A stretch of 64,000 nt of DNA from an uncultured Poribacteria bacterium (GTDB lineage Bacteria > Poribacteria > WGA-4E > WGA-3G). Below the pieces are notes generated by a model. It did not search any database. It was not told the DNA's origin and saw only the letters and a program-made list of their open reading frames with translations. The position numbers and the translations under genes are program-made. The DNA lies in the NCBI GenBank assembly GCA_951813565.1, contig OX638351.1, positions 2,496,001-2,560,000 on the forward strand, given 5' to 3'. Position 1 is the stretch's first letter. The number at the start of each line of letters is the position of its first letter. Positions 28,671 to 39,301 of this stretch are shown here, in pieces.

Positions 28671-30125
28671 TTGAGGATAAAAAATTTGACTCTTCAAACA
28701 AAAAATAAATTTCACATTCATAGTGCGAAATGTAGGCTATCGGTTATTATAGGTTTTTTGATAATTTTTGCAGGTTGTACGTTACCGGGTGGTAAACAGC
28801 AGACAAACCGCATTCGCTTTACTATTCAAAATACGCTATCAATTCCTCGAAAAAACGTTCCAATTGTGATGACTTTGGCGCAGCTCCGAAAGGTCAGCCC
28901 CGATTTCTCTCTCCAGGCTTATTCTGTTGTTACCGGAAAAGCCCCGCGGGAGGCGATGATTCCCGCGCAAGCGGATGACTTAAACTATGACGGCGAACGT
29001 GACCAATTAGTTTTTCTCTTAGATCTTGAACCGGAGGAGACAAAAGAGATCGCAATTCTTTATGACCCAAATGTAAAGGCAACATTTACACTTGATGTAA
29101 AAAAACAGACGCGCGCAGGCATTTTTCCTGAACTGAATGTTATGGCGGCGGTAGAATCCGATTTAATCGCATATCTGCTGAAGCATAACGGTGCTGTCGT
29201 TGCTTATGGCAAAAAACGGGAAGAACTTTTTAGCGTTAATAACATGTTTCAGGGTGAATTAGTAGAGCGTGGGTCGCTATCACCGGAATTTAGGTTTCAT
29301 TTTGAAAGTCACAAAATCGCACTGACTCAAAAACCAAACGCCTTACATATAGAGGTAGAGAAGCCTGAACATCGATGGGTAATACATGATTTTGAGAATC
29401 AAGAGGATTACTTTGTCCGAAAATCTCAAGAGCAACTCACTCTCTATAAATCAATCGGTTTATCACTAAATGCCCTTTTAGACGCAGAAAACACAACCAT
29501 GGTTGCGTTAACACCTCAGGAAGGACTAATTGGGTGCGGTGGATTTGCACTATGGCATAAAGGGAAAAGGGAATTAATTCCGCTGCCAAATGAAGGGGAT
29601 TACATTCGGATTCTCGCTAATGGTGGCACACGTTCGGTTGTTCAACGAATTCTTCCGAGATGGAACATCAACGGTGAAACATATCAGCTCACATCAACTA
29701 CATTTATTTATGGTGGAAACCCGTGGATTGAACATCATATCCATGTTGACAGAGAATTGCCTTCGGATTATGCTATCATCGTAGGTATTCCGAAACTTGG
29801 GGAAACATCTGACGTTGACGAAGACCAAGGTTTATTATGGAGCTGGGGAACAGACCCAGGTGGAACATATTCGCTCGGCGTGGCACTAATTTATCCTACC
29901 ACACAGGCTGGAGAATTGATTGATACTGACCCATCCCTTATATCTATTGTCCTAAACCCGAATGCTGAAGGACGGATCAGTTATCGTGCGTTTGCTATCT
30001 GGGAAGGTGGAATTAATGGAATACAATCCAAAACGGAATTTGAGCAGCTGCTCCAATTCATGACAACGGAGATGAAGAATCTACCAAGTATCGAATTTTT
30101 ACTGTCAGAGGAAGGCAAAAAGTAG
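28671..30125 (+). CDS. Lipoprotein, DUF4861-like
   Basis: Lipobox FAGC; QADDLNYDGERDQLVF; start uncertain. Confidence 0.6.
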   Translation: MRIKNLTLQTKNKFHIHSAKCRLSVIIGFLIIFAGCTLPGGKQQTNRIRFTIQNTLSIPRKNVPIVMTLAQLRKVSPDFSLQAYSVVTGKAPREAMIPAQADDLNYDGERDQLVFLLDLEPEETKEIAILYDPNVKATFTLDVKKQTRAGIFPELNVMAAVESDLIAYLLKHNGAVVAYGKKREELFSVNNMFQGELVERGSLSPEFRFHFESHKIALTQKPNALHIEVEKPEHRWVIHDFENQEDYFVRKSQEQLTLYKSIGLSLNALLDAENTTMVALTPQEGLIGCGGFALWHKGKRELIPLPNEGDYIRILANGGTRSVVQRILPRWNINGETYQLTSTTFIYGGNPWIEHHIHVDRELPSDYAIIVGIPKLGETSDVDEDQGLLWSWGTDPGGTYSLGVALIYPTTQAGELIDTDPSLISIVLNPNAEGRISYRAFAIWEGGINGIQSKTEFEQLLQFMTTEMKNLPSIEFLLSEEGKK

Positions 30126-30144
30126 CAATTTCTCTTACCTGAAG

Positions 30145-30756
30145 ATGGAGAATTTTATGCTGAACAAGGAAGAATGTCTACAACTTATTGCAGCGCAGCG
30201 AACAGACGAAATCGTTGTTACCACAATGGGAATGGCTGTGCCCTGGGCCAAAATATCAACACATCCGTTAGACTATGCGTCTGTTGGAAGTGCAATGGGG
30301 CACGCTGCGGATCTCGCTCTCGGAATTGCACTTGCAAAACCTGAGAAAAAGGTTGTTGTGCTTAACGGGGATGGGAGCATGCTAATGTGTTTAGGAACAC
30401 TCGCAACGATTACAAGTTTGCAAAAACCACCTACGAACTATCTCCTTTTTGTTTGTGATAACGGCACGTACGAGGTAACTGGTAATCAACCTATTCCACG
30501 AAACGCAGACTTTAGCTGGACAACAATTGCGCGCGGGACAGGTTTTGAGCAGGTTTATGAATTTGATGACATAAATATACTTGAAACCGATCTGCCAAAA
30601 ATCTGGAATCAAGCCGGCCCCATTTTTGTGAATCTAAAAATTGCACAAGCACATGAACCACCACCTGACCGATGGGGTGGCTTTCCATACCCATATTTGC
30701 AGGAGTCGCTTTCAACGTCAACACATAGGCTGCGAAAAGCACTTGAGGAACAATAG
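30145..30756 (+). CDS. TPP-binding decarboxylase beta subunit (sulfopyruvate/phosphonopyruvate decarboxylase-like)
   Basis: MGHA, NGDGSMLM, DNGTYEVTGNQP. Confidence 0.85.
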   Translation: MENFMLNKEECLQLIAAQRTDEIVVTTMGMAVPWAKISTHPLDYASVGSAMGHAADLALGIALAKPEKKVVVLNGDGSMLMCLGTLATITSLQKPPTNYLLFVCDNGTYEVTGNQPIPRNADFSWTTIARGTGFEQVYEFDDINILETDLPKIWNQAGPIFVNLKIAQAHEPPPDRWGGFPYPYLQESLSTSTHRLRKALEEQ

Positions 30757-30781
30757 AAGCAGCTCTTTAAGGAATTTTATT

Positions 30782-31678
30782 ATGGCACAAAAATTGGAGA
30801 CTCTCCGAATGGGACGCACTGAGATGCGTCCGAATGCTTTAGCACTTGGCGCAGCATGGTTATGCCATAAACCGGATGCCGAAGTCATCGGTGCAATCCG
30901 ACGTGCTATTGAACTTGGTATCAACTATATTGACACCTATCCGGGGCACGCAGAACATCTTTGGGGAGAAGCGCTTTCTGACGGTTTGAGAGAAAAAGTC
31001 TACCTACAAGCCAAGGTCGGTACGCACCCTGAACGCAGAAAAGATTTTTCAGCGGATGGTACAAGGTGGAGTGTCAGCAATAGCCTCAAAGACCTTCGCA
31101 CAGATTACCTTGATGCTGTATTAATCCATGATCCAGAGAACATGGAGAGCGTGTTAGATAAAGGACGCGCGTTGGATACGCTTTTGGAGATGAAAGATAA
31201 GGGTTTAATCCGACATATCGGTGCGGGGGTACGTTCCCACGATTTTCATAGACAACTGATTGAGACAGGACATATAGATATCATTCTCACCTTCTTGGAT
31301 TATACGTTATTATCGCAATCCGTAGCCCAGACGACTTTACCGTTAGCGCGTAAACATGATGTCGGCATTATCCTTGCCAGTCCTTTAGGGATGGGGAGTC
31401 TCACTGGTGCAGAACCAAACGTTGAAGATGAACGGAGACGTAACCCTGATGCTGAACTCAAGGCTTATGCAATGTGGAAATGGTGTCAGGAACGCGATGT
31501 AAATATCCGCCACTTGGCAATGCAGTTCTGTCTTGCTGCGCCGATAGATGGGGTTGTAATGTTCGGTCCAGCGGATAAAGCGCAGGTGGAAGATGGATAT
31601 GAAGCTGCTACCGCTAACATATCGGAAGAAATTTGGGAAGCGTTTGAGGCAGAATTTGGAATCAAACGGGGGATGTAA
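30782..31678 (+). CDS. Aldo/keto reductase
   Basis: GINYIDT, LRTDYLDAVLIHD, SPLGMG. Confidence 0.88.
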   Translation: MAQKLETLRMGRTEMRPNALALGAAWLCHKPDAEVIGAIRRAIELGINYIDTYPGHAEHLWGEALSDGLREKVYLQAKVGTHPERRKDFSADGTRWSVSNSLKDLRTDYLDAVLIHDPENMESVLDKGRALDTLLEMKDKGLIRHIGAGVRSHDFHRQLIETGHIDIILTFLDYTLLSQSVAQTTLPLARKHDVGIILASPLGMGSLTGAEPNVEDERRRNPDAELKAYAMWKWCQERDVNIRHLAMQFCLAAPIDGVVMFGPADKAQVEDGYEAATANISEEIWEAFEAEFGIKRGM

Positions 31679-31685
31679 GCCAGTC

Positions 31686-32097
31686 CTCATAAATGTAAAC
31701 TTAAGAAAACAATGCTGGCTTATCTCTTGTGGGAGGGCTTTCTAAGCCCGATTTTGTGAGACTCAAGTTTTTAAATCCAAATCAACGGTATGAATTCCAT
31801 TTAGGCATTCCCCGTATGGCATTCATCCAAATCAACGCAGCATGCGCGTTTGGCATGCTGCCAAATCAACGCCAAATGCGCTTTTTGGCATTTGGCGGGT
31901 TTTCAACCCGATAAATACATATAAATCGGGCTTATAAAGCCCTCCCACAAGAGGCAATCTGGTAATTGTGTGCTTAAATTGACGCCTATGGGCGGGGTCT
32001 CTGTGCCCCGCCACTGCACAGGACGTGCCATGCAACGGGCAGGCACCAAATCAACGGTCCGAATGCCTTTTGGTATTCCCCGGAGACCCGCCCCTAC
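31686..32097. mobile_element. MITE/REP composite with four CCAAATCAACG micro-elements
   Basis: Imperfect TIR CTCATAAATGTAAACTTAAG / CTTAAATTGACGCCTATGGG; inverted REP pairs; units at 31777, 31827, 31861, 32046. Confidence 0.7.
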
Positions 32098-32139
32098 AAT
32101 AGGAGTTGTGCGGATTTCTACAAAAACTTTACACACCCA

Positions 32140-32540
32140 TATTTCAGATGTTTGGCTATTGGAGCAGCAGAGGTCTTATCAATTTGTGTCCGCAAAGGGA
32201 ATGACAACCGAATTACACAACACGACTTCAATCACGCGGTTGCCAATCTGAATCTTGAAGTTATCGCTATAACATCAGATTTTAAAACATTTTCAACACC
32301 AAATTCACTCATTTGGTCATCACTGACTTGATAGATGAGCATTCAATCAACAGTGTTGATGCGATGGTGTTACGTTCAGCGTTAGATGTCGCAATAGAAC
32401 TGCGTAACGACGCTAATGATAAGTTAGTTCTTGTCGCATCGGACCAACGCCTATTGAAAGCCGCACGCGATGAAGGTTTATTGGTTTTCAATCCAGAGAC
32501 TGATCCCGAACAAGTATTGAGGGCGTGGGTTGAATCGTGA
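32140..32540 (+). pseudogene. VapC/PIN toxin remnant (C-terminal part)
   Basis: INSVDAMVLRSAL...VASDQRLLKAARDEGL.VFNPE; no intact N-terminus or antitoxin. Confidence 0.7.
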
Positions 32541-32599
32541 TTACGCCAAACATATCTTGTTGAGAAACTTGCAAGTTACATCAAAAGTGATATATATTA

Positions 32600-32751
32600 A
32601 CCCAAGTTGCTACTTACAAAGTTTCAAGTAAGCAGACACTGTTTCAATTGGAAAATTCAAGTATTTTCCTCTGATTCTGCCGTTTTCCACTGAAAATCGG
32701 GGTTAGAAACCCGTCCTACAAGAGGATTCGGGAAAAGGTGGCAACTGGGGT
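32600..32751. mobile_element. MITE, ACCCAAGTTGCTAC family, copy 1
   Basis: 14-bp TIR; TATATTA duplicated on both flanks; homologous to 48508-48659. Confidence 0.8.
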
Positions 32752-32755
32752 TATA

Positions 32756-33565
32756 TTAAACTGCAACAGTTTTTGTGCCTGCCGCCAAATCAGATGCAAA
32801 CTGCCTTACATCAGCAAGCAGTCTTGCTTCGTCATCCACATTCTCCTCAGCGACATTGATAATAGCACTCGCGACAATCACACCATCGGCAAGTTGGGCG
32901 ACTTGTATTGCTTGCTCAGGGGTTGATATACCGAAACCGACACAAATCGGTTTGTCAGTGTGCTTGCGTAGTTCTGCAATCATCGGTGCAACCTCATCCG
33001 ACAAAGTTGCCCTTGCGCCAGTTACACCTGTTACCGCAACGCAGTAGATAAATCCTGTGCTGACCGATGCAATCAATTGCATTCGTTCCGGTGGACTTGT
33101 CGGCGCAACGAGAAAAATAGTTGCAAGATTATATTGTGGCGCCACTTTAAGAAGCGATTCCGCCTGTTCAGGTGGCAGATCCGGAATGATGACACCATCA
33201 ATACCAGCAGCTTGCGCAGCCTTGCAAAATGACTCCTCGCCCATCCGAAAGATCGGGTTATAGTAACTCATCAAAGCGATGGGGATATCTGTCTTTTGTC
33301 GGAGTGTTTTCACAATCTCAAGAATCTGTTGGAGTGAAATTCGGTGTTTGAGTGCCCGTTCGCTGGCACGTTGGATAGTCGGTCCATCTGCTATCGGGTC
33401 AGAGAAGGGGACGCCAAGTTCAATGAGGTCGGCGCCTGCTTCCTCAAGGGTAAGAAAGAGTTTAGGGGTAAGTTCTGGGTTTGGATCTCCTGCACAGACA
33501 TACGGCATAAATGCGCTTGCACCTTGCTGCCGGAGTTCCTGAAATTTTTTGTCAATTCGATTCAT
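32756..33565 (-). CDS. trpA: Tryptophan synthase alpha chain
   Basis: IELGVPFSDPIADGPTIQ, PDLP, GVTG, VGFGIS. Confidence 0.96.
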   Translation of the reverse strand: MNRIDKKFQELRQQGASAFMPYVCAGDPNPELTPKLFLTLEEAGADLIELGVPFSDPIADGPTIQRASERALKHRISLQQILEIVKTLRQKTDIPIALMSYYNPIFRMGEESFCKAAQAAGIDGVIIPDLPPEQAESLLKVAPQYNLATIFLVAPTSPPERMQLIASVSTGFIYCVAVTGVTGARATLSDEVAPMIAELRKHTDKPICVGFGISTPEQAIQVAQLADGVIVASAIINVAEENVDDEARLLADVRQFASDLAAGTKTVAV

Positions 33566-33914
33566 AAATATAATTGCGTTTCGGCTTTCTGTTAACTTAG
33601 TTTTCTCAATTATACTCTTTATGAATTGAATTGTCAAGAGAGTTGACAAATTAAGATGTGTGAGGTTTTAGCATTAACATCTCTTTTGTAAGAGGGTAAG
33701 CAACCCTGATCTTGTTCAAATTCAATTAACGATAAATCAGTTTGTAATCGCGCAATTCATTGCCAAATTCGAGATTTCAACCAAGACACATTCCACTTAT
33801 TCTGCAAAGCACTTATAGTAAATTTTACAATTAACGAAACTCTGTTGCTCTGCAGGGCTACAGGCAAATGTTCACATATTCTATTTATCGTAGTTCGTTA
33901 TATCCCATTCTCAA

Positions 33915-35249
33915 TCAATAGACTGTCAGGTAGTTGTCGTTCTCCCACTGACTGATGCTAAGGTGGTAGTTGCGCCATTCCTCACGTTTGACCTGAATAT
34001 AATAGTCGGCATACTCATTTCCGAGTGCGTTTTTGATGATTTCGTCTTCCTCAAGCGCATCTGCGGCTTCGCTGAGCGTTGTAGGTAGAGAATCGATACT
34101 TCGCCGCTGTAGTTCATCTTCCGATACTTTGTAAAGGTTATCCACGTTTTGTTCCCCAGGATCAATCTGATTTTCGATGCCATCCATACCAGCAGCAAGC
34201 AGAACAGTCGCTGCAAGATAAGGGTTTGCTGCGCCATCCCCTAAGCGGTTTTCAATCCGTCCTGGAGCAGGTGTCCGAATCATCTGTGTCCGATTATTCC
34301 CACCAAAAGTGACAAAAACGGGTGCCCATGATGCCCCCGAACGCGGTGCCCTCCGAACCAAACGTTTGTAACTGTTCACAAGCGGATTCGTGACCGCTGT
34401 GACCGCTTTCGCATGTTTGAGAATGCCGCCCGTAAACCAGTATGCGAGTTGAGATAAGCTATTTACATCATTTGCATCAAGGAACAGATTGGTCTCATTA
34501 TTCTCATCCCAGAGACTCATGTGGAAATGCGCGCCGTTGCCCGTCAGATTCGTGAACGGTTTCGGCATAAACGTTGCCAACAACCCGCTTTCTTCAGCAA
34601 GCGTTTTTACCATCCACTTGAAGAAGGTGTGTCGGTCTGCTGTGGTAAGCGCATCTGAGTATGTCCAGTTAACCTCAAACTGGCAGGTGCCATCTTCATG
34701 ATCATTCGCGTAGGGTTGCCATTCTAATTCCTGCATGTATTTTATCAAGGTTGTCATCATATCAAGGTTACGATACAACGCTTTTAGGTCATAGCACGGC
34801 TTATCTAACGTATCAAGTTTATCCCATGGGGCGTATTGACCTTCCTCATCCTGCTCCAATAGCATGAATTCTGCTTCAATGCCGACGTTGAAAACGTAAC
34901 CTTTCTGTCTCGTTTTTTCTAATTGCTGCCGTAGAATGGTTCGTGGACAATAGTGCCAAGATTTTCCCTCAACATACATATCCCCCGCAACCCACGCTAA
35001 ATCTTTCCGCCACGGCACGATTGTGAGTGAATTAAAGTCAGGAATGCTTGCCATCTCTGGATCATGAGGATATTGCCCTATTTCACCTGCGGCAAAACCT
35101 CCGAAACCAGCCCCCTCTTTTGCCATACCCTCAAGGTGTGTCGCTGGAATTATTTTCGCTTTTGGCGCGCCACTCATCTCTACAAAAGAGCAGAGAAAAA
35201 ACTCAATACCACGCGCTTCAACTAAAGATTTGACCTGATCTAATGTCAT
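33915..35249 (-). CDS. glnT: Type III glutamate--ammonia ligase / gamma-glutamylmethylamide synthetase-like
   Basis: KPCYD, NDHEDGTCQFEVNW, TFMPKPF, GNGAHFH, NNRT, DGAANPYL. Confidence 0.85.
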   Translation of the reverse strand: MTLDQVKSLVEARGIEFFLCSFVEMSGAPKAKIIPATHLEGMAKEGAGFGGFAAGEIGQYPHDPEMASIPDFNSLTIVPWRKDLAWVAGDMYVEGKSWHYCPRTILRQQLEKTRQKGYVFNVGIEAEFMLLEQDEEGQYAPWDKLDTLDKPCYDLKALYRNLDMMTTLIKYMQELEWQPYANDHEDGTCQFEVNWTYSDALTTADRHTFFKWMVKTLAEESGLLATFMPKPFTNLTGNGAHFHMSLWDENNETNLFLDANDVNSLSQLAYWFTGGILKHAKAVTAVTNPLVNSYKRLVRRAPRSGASWAPVFVTFGGNNRTQMIRTPAPGRIENRLGDGAANPYLAATVLLAAGMDGIENQIDPGEQNVDNLYKVSEDELQRRSIDSLPTTLSEAADALEEDEIIKNALGNEYADYYIQVKREEWRNYHLSISQWENDNYLTVY

Positions 35250-35598
35250 AAAACCGCTCCCCTTGTTTGACCGAAAAAATCCAGATTTAGACTTGTAATG
35301 CAAAGTAGAGTCGCTCACTCCTTCCTACTTCCCTGCTATGTTAGCACAGATGGTTGATTTTGGCAAGATTCAAGAACGAACAACCAGAGGCATCCAATTG
35401 TCAGCTTATTACCCGTTTTAGGTGAAAGGTCGCGACCAGGAGGTCGCTCCTACAGGAAGAAACCTTTGAAAAAAGTTAGAAATTACTGGAGAATTGAATG
35501 GTTCTGAACGAACAACGCATATACAAAAAGTTATCACAAAAGGCAGAAACATGATAGTATTAAAGAAGAATCTTTCTAAATCAAATTGAAGTTATGAA

Positions 35599-37143
35599 AT
35601 GGAAGACAAATTGATGACGTACTTCTCTCGTTTCTATACAATATCATCATTGTTGATTGGTGTCTTAATAGTTGTTTATCTTCTACCGATATGGTTGTTC
35701 GACTATTTTCCAACACAAGATGGCGTAAGTCACGTCTACAACTCACAGATTATTACGAAATATAAGAATCCAACATACCAGTTCCAAGACTATTACGACA
35801 TCAATTGGTTTCCGTTTCCGAACTGGTTATCGCATTTCTCTTTAGCGGTGTTAATGTTCATCTTCAAGCCATTGACAGCAGAAAAGGTATTTCTAAGTTT
35901 ATACGTTATCCTATTCCCATTGGCAATCCGCTATTTTCTAAATGTTGTTCAGCCTGGAAGAGATTCGCTTGTCATACTTAGTTTTACGTTTATCTTTAAC
36001 TATCTACTGTTGATGGGTTTCTACAACTTTGCTGTCAGTGTCCCACTGTTTTTCTTAGCACTGGGTTTCTGGTGGAAACATAGGGATGCGCTGACCATAA
36101 AACGTATTGTTCTGCTGAACCTGCTTATAATCATCATTTATTTTTCACACCTCATCTCTTATGCATTCATTCTGTTCTCTATTGCCCTGCTCTCCGTGGT
36201 TTATTTTCGACAGAATCTGAAGCAGATTCTTATCACAGGGTGCGCTGTTTTGCCCGCTGCTTTACTACTACTGATTTATCTTCCGACATCTGATCTATTG
36301 GCAGGGGAACCGCCTGAAATTGAGTTGGGTCGGATTGGCGGAATGTTAAAGAACATAGTCGGCATGCGTGTGTTGGTGGCATACAGTGAACATCAAGCGT
36401 GGATTGCTTATACAGTTTTTGCTTTTTTGCTTTTTCTCAGTATCTGGACGTTTTGGCAAAATAGAAAAACATCAATCACACCTCAAATAGGACAAGATGC
36501 TTTTCTAATCCTGTTTGCGGTGTTTTTTGGACTCTATTTAATCTTACCAAATTCCATTGGGCCCGGCGGTTGGGTAAATGACCGATTGGCGATTTTAGCC
36601 ATGCTTTTGATATTCGCTTGCTTTAAATTGAGCGATAATCTGCGATGGAGACAAGTGTTTACAGGTGTAGTAACGGTTCTCGTCCTTGTCAATATCGTTT
36701 ATGTTGGTATTCTTTGTAAAAATCTCAATAGAGAATTGGATGCGTTTAATGCTTTTGTAGACAAGGTTGAAAAGAACAGTGTGATTTTGCCGCTCCAATT
36801 TGAACCAAGCGGTGAATCGCTCAGAGTCGGTATTTTTGTCAATGCGGCGAATTACTACTGTCTTGATAACGGATGTATTAATCTCGGCAACTACGAGGTA
36901 CAGTTTGACTATTTTCCGATTCGCTTCAAACCCGATTTTGAGACACCGATAGATGAAAAGGAGTGGGTGCAAACTGTCCATTGGAGAGCCGAAAAAATTG
37001 ACCTCTGCGATTATGCTGACAACGTTGATTATCTTTTGCTGTGGGGAACACCGAATAAAGAAAAAGTTGCTGAGGAAATTGATAGATGCTATACGTTGAT
37101 TTCAAGCGAGGGAAGATTGAAACTTTTTAGAGGAACGCGTTAG
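35599..37143 (+). CDS. Polytopic membrane protein, possibly GT-C glycosyltransferase-like
   Basis: About 12 hydrophobic segments; PTQDGVSH, MGFYNF. Confidence 0.65.
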   Translation: MEDKLMTYFSRFYTISSLLIGVLIVVYLLPIWLFDYFPTQDGVSHVYNSQIITKYKNPTYQFQDYYDINWFPFPNWLSHFSLAVLMFIFKPLTAEKVFLSLYVILFPLAIRYFLNVVQPGRDSLVILSFTFIFNYLLLMGFYNFAVSVPLFFLALGFWWKHRDALTIKRIVLLNLLIIIIYFSHLISYAFILFSIALLSVVYFRQNLKQILITGCAVLPAALLLLIYLPTSDLLAGEPPEIELGRIGGMLKNIVGMRVLVAYSEHQAWIAYTVFAFLLFLSIWTFWQNRKTSITPQIGQDAFLILFAVFFGLYLILPNSIGPGGWVNDRLAILAMLLIFACFKLSDNLRWRQVFTGVVTVLVLVNIVYVGILCKNLNRELDAFNAFVDKVEKNSVILPLQFEPSGESLRVGIFVNAANYYCLDNGCINLGNYEVQFDYFPIRFKPDFETPIDEKEWVQTVHWRAEKIDLCDYADNVDYLLLWGTPNKEKVAEEIDRCYTLISSEGRLKLFRGTR

Positions 37144-37200
37144 TTGTAATGTGCTCACTCTTATCGGTAGTGAAATGGACAACGATTTTTGAGGTTAGGT

Positions 37201-38418
37201 CTAATAATTTCCGCGCAGTGTTAAACTCACGATACTATGATTATAGTTGAGAAAAGCAAGTATCGGGTCCAACTCATTAGTGCTGTTTTGAGTAAACTGA
37301 TAATCGGCATTCAGTGTCAGATAGGAAGTCAATTTCCAATTCACTTGTGCGTTGAATCCCAATTGTGTATCACTTCGGTTTTCTTCCCCTTCTATAATAT
37401 TTCCTAACTCATCCCGAATCTCTCTACCCCGAAACCGAACCCAGACACGGGAAAACCGTAGCCGAATCCAACGCCCTGTGCCAAACGTATAAAAAGTGCT
37501 TAATGCTGCTTCAGTACTGATAAAGTTGAAAAAATCAACGTTGGAACGGTTAAGAAAAAAGTTAACCTCCTCTTGGAAAACAAAGTGATCTGCTGCTGTT
37601 TGCAACAATTTCACAGTCCCGAAATGTCGCCAATCGATACGACGTTCGCCTTCTTCAAGACCTGTAACCCCTAAAATGAGATTATTCAAATTGGTTTGGT
37701 AGCGCCCATGCTCAATTGCATATTCCACCTTACCCAACATCTGTTTAAGCAATCCAATTTGAAGACCTGTAGTTGCTTTATGATTGGTAGAGCCAATCAG
37801 CAAAAAATCCTCTCTAAGTTGTGATTCATCGTCAAATCGGTGAATTCGGAGATTGTATTCTAAAACGCGTCCAAAGCGGATGCCGAGCTGTCGTTCGGTG
37901 TTATTATATACATTTAGTGTTCGCGCCAAACGTTGAAACTGATGAGAGGCAACAAATTCAGGTAAACTTGAAAACGGACGAAAACTTAGTTCAGTTGAGG
38001 AAACATCAGTGAACGCATCAAATTCGTTAAGTTTTCCATCTGCACCGGTATAGTTTTCAAGTTGTGGAGCGTATTGTAGCCTGAGGCGGAGTTTATTATT
38101 TACAATTGGAAGTTCACCTCGCAAGTTTACACCTAACCGATTAATAATACCTTCAAGCTGTGGACTTTCCTGACCAGCAAGGCTGCTGGTATAGGGATCA
38201 ACGCTCAATCCAAGTTCAATGTGATTGTTAAAGGTATTGGAGAGGTGTGCATCAATCGTAAGTTTGGCGGGATCGGCTTCGGGCAGTTCGGGTTCAAGTT
38301 GGAACAGATTTTGCCCGAATTCGTTCTGAAATTGGGCAAAAGCGGGTTGAAATCCTCCTGCTATTAGTAAGACACAGATGAATATACCTGTCCAAAGAAA
38401 GAGCGTTATTTTTTTCAC
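37201..38418 (-). CDS. Outer-membrane beta-barrel protein
   Basis: GTG start, signal peptide ending AFA-Q, alternating strands, C-terminal SLTLRGNY. Confidence 0.7.
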   Translation of the reverse strand: MKKITLFLWTGIFICVLLIAGGFQPAFAQFQNEFGQNLFQLEPELPEADPAKLTIDAHLSNTFNNHIELGLSVDPYTSSLAGQESPQLEGIINRLGVNLRGELPIVNNKLRLRLQYAPQLENYTGADGKLNEFDAFTDVSSTELSFRPFSSLPEFVASHQFQRLARTLNVYNNTERQLGIRFGRVLEYNLRIHRFDDESQLREDFLLIGSTNHKATTGLQIGLLKQMLGKVEYAIEHGRYQTNLNNLILGVTGLEEGERRIDWRHFGTVKLLQTAADHFVFQEEVNFFLNRSNVDFFNFISTEAALSTFYTFGTGRWIRLRFSRVWVRFRGREIRDELGNIIEGEENRSDTQLGFNAQVNWKLTSYLTLNADYQFTQNSTNELDPILAFLNYNHSIVSLTLRGNY

Positions 38419-38512
38419 ACACCAACTCCAATTTCTATTGTGGTTGAAACAGTTTTGTTCTCTTAGCCCCAGGGACGTGATGTTAATAGATTGAAGGTAC
38501 TTATTTCCCTCT

Positions 38513-39283
38513 TTACTCAATCGTGCCGTCTTGTGGACTTGAGGCTGTGGCATAGAGTTTCCGAGGGATACGTCCTGCTAAGTAAGCTGCTCTGCCAGCT
38601 TCGACTGCTTTTTTCATCGCTTCTGCCATCAGCACAGGACGGTGTGCCTTCGCAACTGCCGTATTGAGTAGAACACCATCACACCCCAATTCCATAGCAA
38701 TCGCTGCATCTGATGCTGTTCCGACCCCAGCATCAACAATAAGCGGCACCTGCACCAGATCGCGGATAATTTGAATATTATACGGATTACGGATTCCCAT
38801 TCCTGAACCGATTGGCGCACCTAACGGCATCACGGCAGCACAACCAATATCTTCTAATTTCTTACAAGTGATCGGGTCGTCGTTACAGTACGGTAGCACA
38901 GTAAACCCATCTTTTACAAGTGTTTCCGCAGCACTAAGCAGCTGCCCTACATCAGGAAATAGTGTCTGTTCATCTCCGATTACTTCAAGTTTTATCAATG
39001 ATGTTTTAAGTGCCTCACGTGCCAGCTGCGCTGTCAGAATAGCATCCTGTGCTGTAAAACAACCTGCGGTATTCGGAAGAATCGTTATGTTGCGTTCACG
39101 TAGCAATGCGAACAGATTCTCACCGTTTGTATCCGTAAATTTCACACGACGCATTGATACAGTTGCCATTTCTGCCCCGCTTGCCGCAATAGCCTCCGTC
39201 ATGATATGAAAATTCGGATATCCCGCTGTTCCGATAATTAGTCTTGATTTATACGTCTGATCCGCTATTTTAAATTCTTGCAT
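38513..39283 (-). CDS. thiG: Thiazole synthase
   Basis: [32 protein letters not shown]. Confidence 0.97.
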   Translation of the reverse strand: MQEFKIADQTYKSRLIIGTAGYPNFHIMTEAIAASGAEMATVSMRRVKFTDTNGENLFALLRERNITILPNTAGCFTAQDAILTAQLAREALKTSLIKLEVIGDEQTLFPDVGQLLSAAETLVKDGFTVLPYCNDDPITCKKLEDIGCAAVMPLGAPIGSGMGIRNPYNIQIIRDLVQVPLIVDAGVGTASDAAIAMELGCDGVLLNTAVAKAHRPVLMAEAMKKAVEAGRAAYLAGRIPRKLYATASSPQDGTIE

Positions 39284-39301
39284 TATTGTTTTTGTCCAAG
39301 T

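Noticed and set aside
31777..31895. CRISPR array
   Set aside because: Shared head is only 11 nt, the 'spacers' are related hairpins, copies are dispersed, and no cas genes are present
31729..32251. Short ORFs here and at 4447-4632, 45409-45634 and 55433-55687
   Set aside because: They lie within repeats or mobile elements and have no protein features
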